Positions 12,538 through 25,851 of a DNA stretch of 64,000 nucleotides are shown here, in pieces. A program made the translations under genes and the position numbers. The stretch lies in NCBI RefSeq assembly GCF_006345805.1, contig NW_021833024.1:62001-126000 (forward strand), given 5' to 3'. Each line of letters opens with the position of its first letter. Position 1 is the stretch's first letter. The notes under the pieces are model-generated. The model did not search any database and was not told where the DNA came from. It was given only the letters and a program-made list of their open reading frames with translations. Source of the DNA: Octopus sinensis (lineage: Eukaryota).

Positions 12538-15500
12538 TCAGAACATAACTTTCCCAAATATATAAAAATAATCAATATTAGTAATATTAGAATTAAAAAA
12601 ATATCCGTGCACTAGTAATCGAGAAATAGAGCAATGAATATTCCTAAAGATTAAAAACAAGCACAACTTGTTTAAAAGTCTCAAGTCTCTTCAAAGTAAG
12701 AGACATTGCCTTTTGCAAGTTGGCATCCTGTCTCATAGCACGATTGGCAGTCTCCTTCTCCTAGCGATAACTCAACAACAGAACAATCTCTTTGGAGTAA
12801 TATTCCGAGACAGACGTAAACCAATGAAGAGAATCAAACTTGTCAAATTGGCCGAGAACCCGCAAAATAAAGACAAGTCCTTCAATAACTACAAAACTAG
12901 ACCCAAAGCAAATCCGTCGTCCGAAAAGACGGCGTCGTCGACTTGTTTCCTGTTGATCTTTTCCTTGCAACAAACAATATACTCAACATAGTTCAATGTC
13001 TACATTATTACGTCACGCAAACTGAGGATGGCAAAATCATGTAAAAGTCGGCCAAATGAGCATGTTTGACTGAACTGAACTCCGCCGAAAACACATCCCC
13101 CAAAATCTCCAACACAAATCTCCGAAATACCTTAAAGTACTCGTTGTGTCCCGGAGAACTCTCGGTCAGTGACGAAAGCACGTCCTGTAGATTCCTTGGA
13201 CTATAAAGTGGGCAATAACTGTGCAGCGTCAACGACAGTCGGCCCAAAGCCGTCGGACGAAACCATATCAGGAAAGGAAACACGTGATTTTAAATTGGGG
13301 ACAAATTTCACAGAGTCGCCAGAAATGTGCATCGACCCAGATCTGATCAGTCTAACCAAAGCCAGTGCATTGCCTACAGTCGGAAAGCCTCAATACCGAT
13401 TTGGGTTATGAGCACACGAAATCGATCGAGGTATGTTTTCCCGCCCTCCATTCCTAGTTGGCGGATTTCAGAATTGAATCTCTCAGCCCGGTTGAAGGGG
13501 TACTCAAAATAATGATGCAAAATACTTTCAAGTCATTTTTGGAGTTGTTTTCCTCGCAATACTTTATTTCCTACAAAAAATGGCCAAGTTTAAAAAAACT
13601 TTGAAAACGCGCGATTTTATGTGCGAATCGTACAAAAACTGTGAAAAAATGAACAACTTTCCACACAAAAACTGATAAATAAAGTTAACCTGCAGTATAA
13701 GTTGGACACAAACCGTTGTGTTGATGATTCCGTTGCCGTAAGTCCGTATTGAGTTGGAAATCTGGTCAATCCCAATGGTCATCAAATGTTTGTTGGGACT
13801 CGTCCTCTGCACGAAAATCTAAAAAACAAAAGAAGGGGCAAAACCTGGTTATTCAAATTATAACAATAATCCGAGACAAAATCTCCAATTTCTCTATCAA
13901 ATTCAGAACGTCAATTTCCCAAATTAATAAAAAAAGTACATTGCTATGCCGAGGAAGTTGACGTTTGACAAGATCCACGGAATATTTTGACCCCGCAATG
14001 ATCTCCATCCGTTGGTATGTGGAGGAGTCGTGGAGGGCCATTGCCGTGAATGTATAAAAAGTAGAATCCAAGTAATTGTCGAGGTAGTCTGTTGTACTTA
14101 CTCAAAACACACCTTTGAGGGATAGAACACAGTCAGGCAGACTCATCGAGGATTCCCAGGTCAGAAAACTCCTCAAATCCTGATTGCTGGTTGATTCGAA
14201 AGATTTGCCCAGCTGTAGATGGATGTGGGAAGCATATCGAAGTTCCTGTTCAACAAGTGCACAAAACGTGGATAAAAAATTCTCAAATAAAACTGCTGAA
14301 AACAACCTTTTCGAAAAGAGAAAACATTTTTGAACACAAAACTTGACTGGAGAATGTCAACTGGTCAGAGGAAGGATGGAGGAAAGAAATACGCAGAATG
14401 TCACGAAGAACTGCCAGAACACACTGAAAGCAATACAGAATAAAGTCAACCTGTGTGTCCCCGTGTGACTGTCTTGCAGGGTAAAACATTTCGCCGAACA
14501 GAGAGAGGTGCCACAAAAGAAAACCAGAATCACACACCTCACGAAATCTACAAAATGACTGTCTTTTAAGTACAGCGAAAAAACTTTGTAAAGAAACTCG
14601 ATTCGGGACAAAATACGTTCAATTTTAGCAAAATCAACGCCCTTCAGTGACTGAAATAGACAAATTTAAGCAAAACCAGCTTACGACAGCCATTGAGGGC
14701 GAGATTAAGCACAATCAATCTCCGAGTCGTGATGGGACCCTCACTCACAGACAGAAGCAGGTTAATGCACGAGAGGACGTCGATGCGCACGTCAGTAGGG
14801 GTCGACTTGGAGGGGGATTTGGTAATCAGCACCTTAATTTCAAAAACTGAGAATGACTTTGATGTCTTTGATCATTTTTATGAATTTTTGCTGCAATGCT
14901 TGGATTCCCGCCACACTGAACCGAACAAAATATACTTTATGACTGAATATAAAATGTTGAGCGAACTGCAATATCTCAAAAAACCCACCTTAAGACTGCA
15001 TATCAACCTCCCCAGTGAAGGCAGGATTTTTTCCCGATCATTTTCAGCTATCAAAGACGAGAAAGAAAGAAAACAAGTGACAGTCTTGCGAATATTCAAC
15101 AAATATGAAAAGCCCTAAAAATAGACAATTTAATAAACCTCTCGAATGAGGTCTCCCTCAAATGAATTCTTTCCTAATTTGAAATTTGCAGCCCACCTGA
15201 CGACATTTGTTTGCATGGAAAGAGCAAAGCTGTTCGTAAATTACAGACAAACTCACCTTTCCAATGTCAATGTCGTTTTATCCATCCATTCCTTGCTCAT
15301 GTTTTTTGACCGATTCAACACTTTTTTATCCAAGAAATGTGAATATTTCGGACAAAACACATCCAAAAACTCGACCAGTGTCCACACAATATTCCCGCCC
15401 AATTCCACTCCAATGACCTGATTATAAAACACTTTTTACAACATACCTTTTCATTGGCGGCAAACAAATCGCTCAAAATCTTTTTGTCGACCCCGAAACT

Positions 15501-16674
15501 GATTTTTGAGTGCAAAACAAAAAGCACGGAAGCATACAAAAATGACTTTCCACTGTCCCCCGCTAAAATTGAAAACACGTGACTACAGTCTTTTAAATTG
15601 TTTAGAAGTAAAGAAATGGCAATTTCCAACTGTTCCTCTACCTGAGGCATCCTTGTCCCTTCTATCTTGCAAATGGAAGCCACAACCCTCTAAAAATACC
15701 CAAAACATTTTCAAACCGCAAAAAACGACTCTTTGAATAAAATATGGTTTATTTCGTTAATCAAAAGTTTAATCTTGAAAACATTTTCGGTTGAAATTCC
15801 AAAATTATTTTGAGGGTCCGCAGAGGCTTTGACGATCCTTTGATGAGAGGACACAAAAACCTGTCAAACGACTCAAGCGACATTTTCAGAAGAACAGAAT
15901 TCTGCATTAATTTGTTCAAAATGGCGGGAACTGACAAAAGTGAAGAAAACTTACGAACAAAAATCTAAAAATAAAAATTGTTGTAAGCCTGAAAATGAAT
16001 GCCGACGGCGTCATATTTTTTCCTATTTATGTGAATTGAAAATAATAAACTTGGCCTGCTTATTTGCCGATTCAGAATATAGTCCACAAAGCTGGGAGAA
16101 CATGTTGACACAAACACCTTCGACGTGGATCAGAAAGCACCTCAAGTCCTACCAAATGTCAAATGGCCACCAACGTTCAGAAACTGGAGAATAAATCCTC
16201 CCTGAAACTCCAAGCTGACATTACAGTCTGGATTTCTGTACTCTACCCAAATCAGATAAAAAGGTCACCGTTCATTTCGAAAAGTAGGATTGGGGTAAAA
16301 AAACGTTTTTCTGCGTCAAAAACGAGTTTGTCCACTTCCTCACACAGGACAGTGGTGGCGAGGAGAATTTTGCGGAGAGATTGGTTCTCGGTTGAGATGA
16401 GTTTGGCTGCAGATATGTTTTCCGTGATTGAACTCTAAATGTCCTCCGAATTAGGTCACCTCAATGTGGAATGCGCAGTAATTTGGATCTGAGATGTTTA
16501 AAGGTGAATTCTGGGACTTTTCGTGGAGATGTTTGATATAGAGCTTCATGTGGTTCTCTAATTCGTTCAATGATTTCTCTCTGGCTAAATCTATTTTCGG
16601 CTTTTGGTTGAAATTAGACCTTGAAGTATATTTTTCTCGCTTTGACTGTCATGAGTGTCGAAAGCAACATCCAT
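12538..16674 (-). CDS. WASHC4: WASH complex subunit 4 (SWIP), many mini-introns
   Basis: [23 protein letters not shown]; [24 protein letters not shown]; VGIHFQ; [11 protein letters not shown]; [39 protein letters not shown]; FDSLHWF; [13 protein letters not shown]. Confidence 0.92.
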
Positions 16675-16998
16675 CACTTATTTTATGTAGTCTAATTATA
16701 TATTTATTATAAACCTAAAACTATGATTAATAATACAAATATAAAAATCAAATTCAGTAAATTAGTATTTGTACCAAATTCAGACAAAAATTGAACAGAA
16801 CGTTAACAAATGAGAGATTTTAGTCTTAAAATATAGAATAATATTTTCCCCTTTCTTTTCCAACTCTGCACGTCAGAAACCACCTTCTGCCAGTCTTTAA
16901 AAACACGGGACTTCCACTACAAGTCGCCTTATTTTAACAAAATTAAAAACAGGTAAAATTCATTAAAGCAGCACGATAAAGTAACTCCAAAAATAACT

Positions 16999-18927
16999 TT
17001 ATGGAATGTTAACAGTCTCAGAGTGATTGAATAGAGCATCACGTTGTTCATTGCGATAAGAATACTGGATGTATAAATACTGAGTCCCCCACTCTGAACA
17101 GTCGTGAAAACCAGGCAAATCAGACTACACATTATAAACACAGTCACCTTATTGACATCCCCACTGATGTACAACGAAGAACGCTTAACAAGCAATTGCA
17201 CAGCATTTGTGACATCCAAATAAGTATTTCTAAGCAGGTTTATATGCTCAGACTACTCTTCCCCCTTTAGACTTCCCCACGTGGCTTTGATAATAACAAG
17301 TCCGTCCCTCGACAGTTCGAAGGCACGGACTTTCGCGGCCTCGTTTCTCATTAACAGGTTTATATTCTCACTTCGGGCTCTCAGCTCACTCCGTCGGTTC
17401 AACTCCCCAAATTCAAATTTGCTTCACTAAATTACAAGCCGAACTTGTTCTTATCAGAAGGACCGGTCATTCTTCTGTAGAGTCGAGTCATGGCCGTGAA
17501 AATAATTGGCGGAAGTATAATTCCGTAAAAAACACTCGCGGGTAGAAAACTGGAGGAAAGCTGAATTGGAAGTGCAAATTGCTGGTTTCCACGTTTTAGT
17601 CTACACTCAGAAAACAGATCAAATCGACAGATCAAACCGACAGTTCAGGGAAACTCCGGCGATGGCAGAGATGGACAGTTTTGAGGATAGAGTTGTGTAC
17701 TCGTTAATTTTTTTGGACAGTCCCAGATTGGCCACCACCCCGCAAATATTTCCATATCTTCAAAAATCAGAAATTGGACATACTGGACAGTTGACGACAC
17801 ACTGAGGTCGACTTTTTCAATATTTTTGGCACATTTTAAAGCGAAAATATAACTTGATTGACCAATCTGTGTAAATTTATGACAATAAACATCGGAAGCA
17901 AAAGAAACGTCGACTCCCGACCAGTTCCAGAGCAGCTGTGCACGTGCAACGGACGAGAACGAGACATTCAGCTGAACTTTGAGCACCAACTTTGGCGAAA
18001 GTCTCCACGTGAGTCCTAAAACTGAGAAAAAGTGAAAATGATGCCTCCGATTAGGATTGGGGATATTCCCCCCGAAATCCGCAACAAGAGTCCCCCCGTT
18101 CCGTGACTTGAAAGTCAAAAAACAAAAAAACATAAAATCCGTCAAATTCCTGGACACGGTCCCCATCACGGAATTATTTTTCCCGCCAGAAAGTTGGATC
18201 TATAACTTAGGACTCCACAACAACAAGACACACATTCCCGGGCCAGAATTCCGCGAAATTGGAAAGAAGTGTAAATCCGTAGTCGCCGCGAGTGTCGCAC
18301 TGACTTTGTAGAGAAATACGGTCACTTCCGCCGACAGAAAAAGACAGAGATTGACTGACGCACATTTTGTTCAGAAACACCCGAGGAAACTCATCCCTGA
18401 GGAAATCACGGAATAAAGTCACCCTTCGTGGTCTCCCTCAAAAATGTCCTGCGCATCGACCGACACAGTGACGGAGCCCTAAAATTTATAGAACACATTT
18501 CCTTCACTTTTGGGTCGACGGAGTCTTCTTGGAGTTTTCGTTTTCTTAGTTTTTCGATGTAAGCGAACTCCTCGTGGATTTCTTCGGGGGATTTGGTCCG
18601 GAGAATCAACTCCCGACCCAACGAACGGAGTCCCTGGTGTCCCAGAGTGTCGTAAATTGCCCTTCGGTTGGCATCGCAGAGAACTGGGAAGTCAGGAAGT
18701 GCACGTGGAGACCATCGCGGGCATATTTGACTTTGTTGAAGAGTTCCTTTGCAGTGGTCTTGTTCTCTTCTTGATGTTTGTCCGGGTGGTAGCGAAGACT
18801 GTAGAGTTTGTAGGCTGCATTGATCTCTTCGGATGTCGCCTGGTTAAAAATTTAGTTTGTGGAAAATAATTCCTACAGATTTTGAGACATTCAGAAAGGA
18901 ATATAATTCAAACTCTTCATCGTGCAT
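16999..18927 (-). CDS. DNAJC11: DnaJ subfamily C member 11
   Basis: J-domain ELYSFLNVSKSATSEEINAAYKLYSLRYHPDKH..RRAIYDTLG; VDPKGSVTVSVDAQDIF; C-terminal DVTNAVQLLVKRSSL..LPGFHD..VNIP*. Confidence 0.92.
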
Positions 18928-19283
18928 AGCGTTGGTTAACCAATGTAGTAAATATATTTTAAATTCAAAAGTTAAAAAAATATTTTATTATTTAATTTCT
19001 ATCTAAAAACTTTATTTGGACCAAAAATGAACATCAAAGGAGATTATGGCCAATTTCCAATTCACGAATAAATCTTGATAAGTAGTCTATGACGAGTCAA
19101 TCCACCTTGTGTCAAAACAGTGCAAGTCGGTTTTTTAAATTCAAAAAAACACGACAACTCAGAATCTGACAAAAACTACTCAGTCCAGCCAGAGCCTTCT
19201 TTCAGTCGAAAAGAGGTAAACATGTAAAAATCCAACACAATTAATATGGATTAATCACAAATCAAAACATTAAGAAAAAACCA

Positions 19284-22190
19284 TCATTTTTTTAAATTGA
19301 CAACACGAATAAAATTATCCAAAAACTGTGCAAATTGACGGGCACTTTTGGACTTGAGTGGTTTATGCCTCGCCAACTGGTCTTGAAGTGGGGTTAGAAG
19401 AGACAGAGCATGAGCTCTCACTTGAGGATCTTCCAAATCGAGCCTCGACAATGTCTCAAACAAACAACTACAACTCCAATTGTCCTCAACCACCCTATTT
19501 CCACCTCATCCCAATCGGGGACTCCAGTAGAGAGGCCTGAGATAATCGACAGGTATTCCTCCTGTGAGAACTCTCCGCCGTCGAACATGACCCCAAAGTC
19601 GTCGACCTTCTTGCAGAGGTCACGGACATACTCAGAGTTTGTGCTGTTCAGTGCCTGAAAATATCCTTTTTTGTCCAAACCAGTTCAAAAGCTTTCTTGA
19701 GCTGGTTAGTCTCCACCAACTCACTGATTTTCTCCGACAACCCATAAAAACTCGACTTTTTAAAACTGGTTTCCAATTGGGAGAAATGACGTGTCTGTTC
19801 TCGTGCTAGTCCTTCGAATTCGGCACTTATGCTCGATTTGAGTCCCACAAGTACTAAAAAGTAAAGAAATAAGACTAACCAGAGTCCGACAATTCCGCGG
19901 ATAATTCACTGAGGGCAGTTCTCATCACCCCCAACAAATAAACTTCCAACCAATTTTTAATTTTATCGAAAATAGCAAGAGTGAGTCTCTAAATGAGCAC
20001 TTTGAGTGAACCAATACATCATAATCAAGCATTTTGGGCAACTCCTCTTTGATTGTCTGCATGTCGCTCACTACGACAGTGTGAATGTCCTCTCTCAAGG
20101 TCTCAAACCCCCGATCGAGCAGACTGTGGATAACTGTTTGATGTAACACTCGTATTGTACTATTTGACACATCTTCTGTGTCTGGTGATTGCCTGTTGGA
20201 GAAGGCACTCACTTGGTTTATTCGATTTATCACATTCCTGGAATTGTTCTCCAAAACTCTTTCAAAATCTATGTTTTAGTCAAATGTCCACAACATTGAG
20301 ACAACTCGGAAAACTTATTTTCCGAACATTTCACCACGTTTTTCAAATCGATCACCTCTTGTTTTAAAAATTCGATTTCTTTCAACAATTCTTCAGTCCT
20401 TTCAGGCTTCATGACAGGTTCCTCGGCTGGGGGAGGCGGCTCTCTGGGAGAACTAAACGGGCTGAGAATCAAATCAACAAATTACGTCGCTTCGACGGAT
20501 TCTGCCATTTTTTGCACACAAACCTCATTTGTTTGAAGCATTTCTATTTCAGGGGGTTCCTCCACTCGGGTTTGTCTACACAATAATGGGGGATCGAACT
20601 CGCTCTTCTCACTATCGATAGTCAGGGTCACTTCTTTGAGATCAGTCTCCACCAGATCTGTCTCTAATTCCAAAGCGTCGCTGATCATTTGTAACATTGA
20701 GGCGCTGCGGAGTTCTTTTAGGCCAGGCTCTACGTTTTATTATTTTCTGTACTGTTTTTTGCTGGAAAACTGCTAAAGACTACAGGATTGGTCGATGGTA
20801 GAACGAAGGAATAGTCTTGATCATTCAATCTAGTATTTTTATTATATGATAAAATACATTTTTGATGGAAAAGAATGATATTTTAATAAATCAAATTTAT
20901 GTTCTCTACCCTTGTTTGCTATGGTTAATCAATAAGCAAATAAAACAACATTCTGAGATGGTCTCTAGTGATCGGTTAGTACGAGCGAGTATGTTTTGTG
21001 GGCCTCTTGTAATGAACGTCACATGGGATGCCCCTCTTTGGGATTCATTCTCTTGGATTGAGAAAATGAAGAGATGCTAAGCATTATTATTCCGAGAAAC
21101 ACATTAAATGAATCCTTTACTATCAGCAAGTTGTCCGAGCAAACTATCAGGCGTAAATTAGTAGAGAAATCGTCAAATTCAGCCGATTCTTTAGGCAAAT
21201 ATTGAAATCTAGATAAATGTCACTTTAACCCACCGAATAGAATTGAGACACCACCATGAAGTAATGTCCCACACTTTGATTTCCGAATTTGCCTCACAAG
21301 TGGTGACCAGTCCCCTACCATGCCAATCAACCCCCAAACCACGTGCCAAAAAAGCTGAAATCGTCGACAGGAGACCCATCGTGGGGGATCCAGACAAGTT
21401 CCTTCCCGCCATCCATCAGTCGGACAACCCCAGCCGAGTCAGAGAATATCAAATCCACACTTTCTGGAAAAAAAGAAATGGCGGTAAATTTCTGTTAAAA
21501 TAACCACGTGACCAAACCAGCGCACTCGTGTTGTAATATAAAAAGTTATCCGCAGAATTTAAAAATCGGAATCTCGTGGACGTGCAGTTCAAAGTGAAGC
21601 AAAAGACCTGAAAACTGTTGATAAAGGAGTGCCTCGTTTTCGTCAATGAGGGCAGTGTAGGTCGTGTCATTCGAGCACAGGTGGGAGAAGGAGGTCGTGA
21701 TTGGCCCTGCGTTGTCTTTGGAGGACTTGTAGGTGGCCAACAAGTGCATTCTACAGTGAGATTGCAGCCTACTGTTTTATTGATGTATTCAGCATGAAAT
21801 AGTCGACTTGCCGGGTGGTGTAAGACAATGCAATTATTGACTGGTTGGCCGACACTGACGAACAAATCTGGAATATTTGCTTGCCCTTCGAGTCGATGGG
21901 GAATTCCTGGAGTATGTCCTCCTCTTTGAAGTATATGTAGAGTGTGTTGGGACTCCCTGATTGGGACATGACAGTGTAGGCTGGGTTTCTGTCTGAGAAT
22001 ACGACCGAGTCATCAATATTTGAGATATCTGAGCTTTGCTGGGCTAAAATGAATATTTTTCTGTTGGTGATGTATTTGGAGTCGCTTCCACATCGTTGGG
22101 AAAAGTCTCTATTTGTATTTGTCGTAAATGTGAGTACATTAGTCTGACTGTATTCCCACATGAACTGTCGTCAGATGTTTCCTCGTGCAT
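19284..22190 (-). CDS. EDC4: Enhancer of mRNA decapping 4 (Ge-1); start approximate
   Basis: WD40 region LVTTCEANSEIKVWDITSWWCLNSIR; coiled coil; C-terminal NQLKKAFELALNSTN..VRDLCKKVD..SQEEYLSIISGL..LFETLSRLDLEDPQVRAH resembles the Ge-1 C-terminal domain. Confidence 0.72.
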
Positions 22191-22586
22191 GAGACACCTT
22201 ATAGTCCAAAATGTTTCTAGTGGCAATAAAATTCGAATTAAAATCGATTACAATTATTAGAATATATTATTAAACAATAAAATTAAAGGTATTGTTTGAT
22301 AATTAATTAGAAAAGGTTTATTGATGTATTTAAGAGAAAGGAAATCTCTAAAAATAATATGTAGTCTGTCAGAGCACGCGAACCGGAATCTTCTGCAGGG
22401 TTATCGGCAAAATACTGACAACTCATTGGTACTTCTCTTTGTGGTTTGAAATAATTTATCTCGACCACAATAACTGTTTCTGTGGTAAATATATCGTCAA
22501 TTGCACTTTAAAAACGATTTTTAAATATTTTATATTAGCTTGGTACGCCAAAAAGTTTAAAAGAATACAAGAAATAAAACACAAAA

Positions 22587-24396
22587 ATGTCACGACTGCT
22601 GAGATTTTCGAGTATTTCGCAAAATTTGTTCTGCTTTAAAAGCACAGCAGCTGCCCCAATAAGAAACCCTCAGATATACTTTAATCAAGTAAGCAGTCCT
22701 CTATAAATCAGAATTTCATAAACAACGAATTTGTCGACGCACAAAGCGGCCGAACTTTCCCCACAATAAACCCGGCCACGGAACAAGTCATTTGCAATGT
22801 CGCGGAGGCAGACAAGGTGTTGGGCTCTAAACATTGTCAGAACGACGTGGACATTGCAGTTCGAGCAGCCCGAGAAGCCTTCAGATTTGGGTCTCCGTGG
22901 CGAACTCTTTCTCCTACTGAGAGAGGCAGAATCCTCTACAAAGTGGCCGACCTGATTGAAGAAAACAGGAACTACTTGGCTGTTATGTCCACTGCGTCAA
23001 TCTGTAGAGCCTGGAAAGCGTGGATAACGGAAAGCCCTTTTTGGAGGCGTTCAACGCGGACATAAATTTGGTGACTCAGTGCTATCGGTACTACGCTGGG
23101 TGGGCTGGAAAGAACTTTGGGCAGACATTTGAAATGGGTAGTCATTCGTGAATATCAAAGATGGCAAGTTTATGGGGATGACTCGACACGAACCAGTGGG
23201 TGTGTGTGGGCAGATCATTCCGGTACATTTCCCACAACATTGTAGTGGAATTTCCCAATGTTAATGCAGGCATGGAAATTGGGGCCTGCCTTGAGCAATG
23301 GATGCACTGTTGTCATGAAATTGGCCGAACAGACACCCCTTTCCGGACTGTTTGTGGCCGACCTATTCCGACAGGCCGGACTGCCTCCCGGAGTCCTCAA
23401 CGTCCTCACGGGATATGGGGAGACCGCCGGAGCTGCCATCGCCGCCCATCCCGACATTGACAAAGTGGCCTTTACCGGGTCGAATGAGGTCATTTTATAT
23501 TCCCCATTTCAGGTCGGCCAAGTGGTCGTACAAGCAGCCATGCAAAGCAACCTGAAAAGAGTGACCCTCGAATTGGGGGGCAAGTCTCCGAATATTGTAT
23601 TTGCGGATGCCAACTGTAATGCAGTCAGTCTTATGTCTAGTGGACCTAGCAGTGGCTCAAAGTCACGTGGGACTATTCCTAAACCAAGGACAGTGTTGTT
23701 GTGCGGGGTCTCGTATTTTTGTGGAGGACAAAATCTACGACGAGTTTGTGGAAAGAAGCGTGGAAATGGCCAGGAAACGGACAGTGGGGGACCCCTTTGA
23801 CGAGGGGACAAAACAGGGGGCCCAGGCAAGTCAGGAGTGGACTCAACTGGCAGGTTGACCAAGAACAGTTCAACAAAATATGAGACTGATTGAGTCCGGA
23901 AAGAGGGCGGGGGCCACTGTGTGTACTGGTGGTTCGAGGGCAATGGATAGGGGCTATTTTGTCGAGCCTACGGTCTTCAAGGGCGTCGAGGACAACATGG
24001 AGATTGCTCGGACAGAAGTAAGTTTTTTCTTCACGACAGATTTTCGGCCCTGTCATGCAAATACTCAAATTCAGCAGTATGGAGGAGGTGATTGAGAGGA
24101 GTAATGACACAAAGTATGGACTAGCAGCCTCCGTGTTCACTCAGGATATCGACAAGGCCATGTATTTGTCTCAGGCCGTTCGAGCTGGCACTTTTTGGTG
24201 GGCATCAAAGAGTAATCAATTTAGGGTTAATTGTTATGACGCACTCGACGCGGCAGCCCCCTTTGGAGGATTCAAACAGTCGGGGCAGGGAAGGGAGTTG
24301 GGTTCCTATGGTCTTGCCAACTACACTGAAGTCAAGACGGTTATCAGTCCGTGTCATTCCTAGATTGTCATTAGGACACCCAATCAAGCCAATTAA
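22587..24396 (+). CDS. ALDH2: Class 1/2 aldehyde dehydrogenase with presequence-like N-terminus, 11 introns
   Basis: Spliced: [70 protein letters not shown]; introns 22-28 nt including one GC-AG; one base appears missing near 23880. Confidence 0.95.
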
Positions 24397-24455
24397 CTTA
24401 TTAAACACGCTAATCATTCACTAATCGGTCATTTACTAACAAGTTTCCGATTTAT

Positions 24456-25781
24456 TTATTGTAAAAATGTGCTGTTTTTAAAGACGTGAACAGATTTCAG
24501 AAAGCGGGCAGCAATTTGAATGGCTCCTTTTCTTTGGAGGAGTTGGTGACATTCCAAGAGAAAAGTGGCAAAGGATAATGCAGTCCACTTGGTCTCCCCC
24601 AAATCTGACCTCCCCAGTAATTCATTTCGAGTAATATCCATTGCTACAAACTCGCCAATCAGTGGGGACAAGTCGACTTGAATAATCATTTTTAAAGCTT
24701 TGAGTACAAAAATAAGGAAAGAGGTCGATTCATCACTCCCAAAGCTATCAATATGCATTAGACTCACGAAAAGGTCGGCATCAAAATTGATGGCGAGAGA
24801 ATACAGCCACAGCATATTCAGAGGGTGGGGAATGTCGTCTGACTTTGAGAACACTTTGTGGATGAGTAGCATAATTTCGCCCATTCTATGATCGTCGTCT
24901 ATGAAATGGGAGATGACAGTAACCCCCACGTCTTCCCCTCCACAACACAAATTGATGACATTCCAGACAGAAGGACAGTCTAAAATGGAGAGACAAGCCT
25001 ACAATCAATATCGACGTAATCGTATATTCTTACAGCAAACATTAGCACATGCCGAACTGCTGTTTTGTACATGGAAGTGAACTCGGAGTGGGGAACACTC
25101 ACATTTCCCGCAAAATGTACAAACCCTGAGCCCTCAATGAGCATCAATGTCCGAGGAAGGATATCCAAAAGAGTGTCAAAGGAGGGGATCGAGAACTTGA
25201 TGAGAAGTGAGAACACTTCTATCAACTTATATATTAAGTAATCAGTTTTCGTCGAGAATATAATGTCCACATGCTTACTCAATGATTGGTATATGCAAGT
25301 TCCAAAGTCATTTCTCGTCAGTCTGAGTACTGCCTGACTGAGACTGAGGTATTCCCATATAAAGTCACAATCGGCAGTGCAGACGTCGCTTTTAATCAAA
25401 AAATCCAAAAAGTAATCCAAAATCTAGAAATGTTAACAATATCAACCCTGTCGTATCTTTTCTCGACAATTTTAGAAAAAAAGTTAAAAATTCGTCTTTT
25501 GGTTACCAGACAAGCCTCTCTAAACTCTCCTACAAGAGCGCCTGCAAGCAATCCAGTGGCCAGAAGTGTCTACAGGTAACAAAGTTCGAATTCTACCTCT
25601 AAATGGGAAGACTGCAATAGACTGTTGGCTGCAAAAATATAAGAGCACTCATCCGGGGTGTCTATTAGGGCAATCTAGGTCACTCAGTGAGTAGTACAAA
25701 TAATCTGGATAGTTCAAACATGTCAGAATATTCTTCATCCCGACATAACACCGTGAAATTGGTCAAAGCAGCAAAGTCCAT
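24456..25781 (-). CDS. LINS1: Protein Lines-like
   Basis: FIDDDHRMGE..PHPLNMLW..AINFDADLFVSLM..STSFLIFVLKALK resembles the Lines_N motif F.EQDD..NPH..F..I.FD..LLDFL..ET.FL.Y..RYLK; GT-AG mini-introns near the 5' end. Confidence 0.55.
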
Positions 25782-25851
25782 ATTAAAACTGAAGTTTAAT
25801 TAATTATATTTAATCTTTAATTTATAATTTATTCTGACTATACACGTTGAC
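25782..25851. promoter_or_regulatory. 70-bp AT-rich spacer between divergent start codons (putative bidirectional promoter)
   Basis: Separates the Lines-like ATG (25781, minus) from the ATP13A1 ATG (25852, plus). Confidence 0.55.

Noticed and set aside
19089-19169. Box C-like ATGACGA and box D CTGA as a snoRNA
   Set aside because: No terminal stem or recognisable guide; expected by chance
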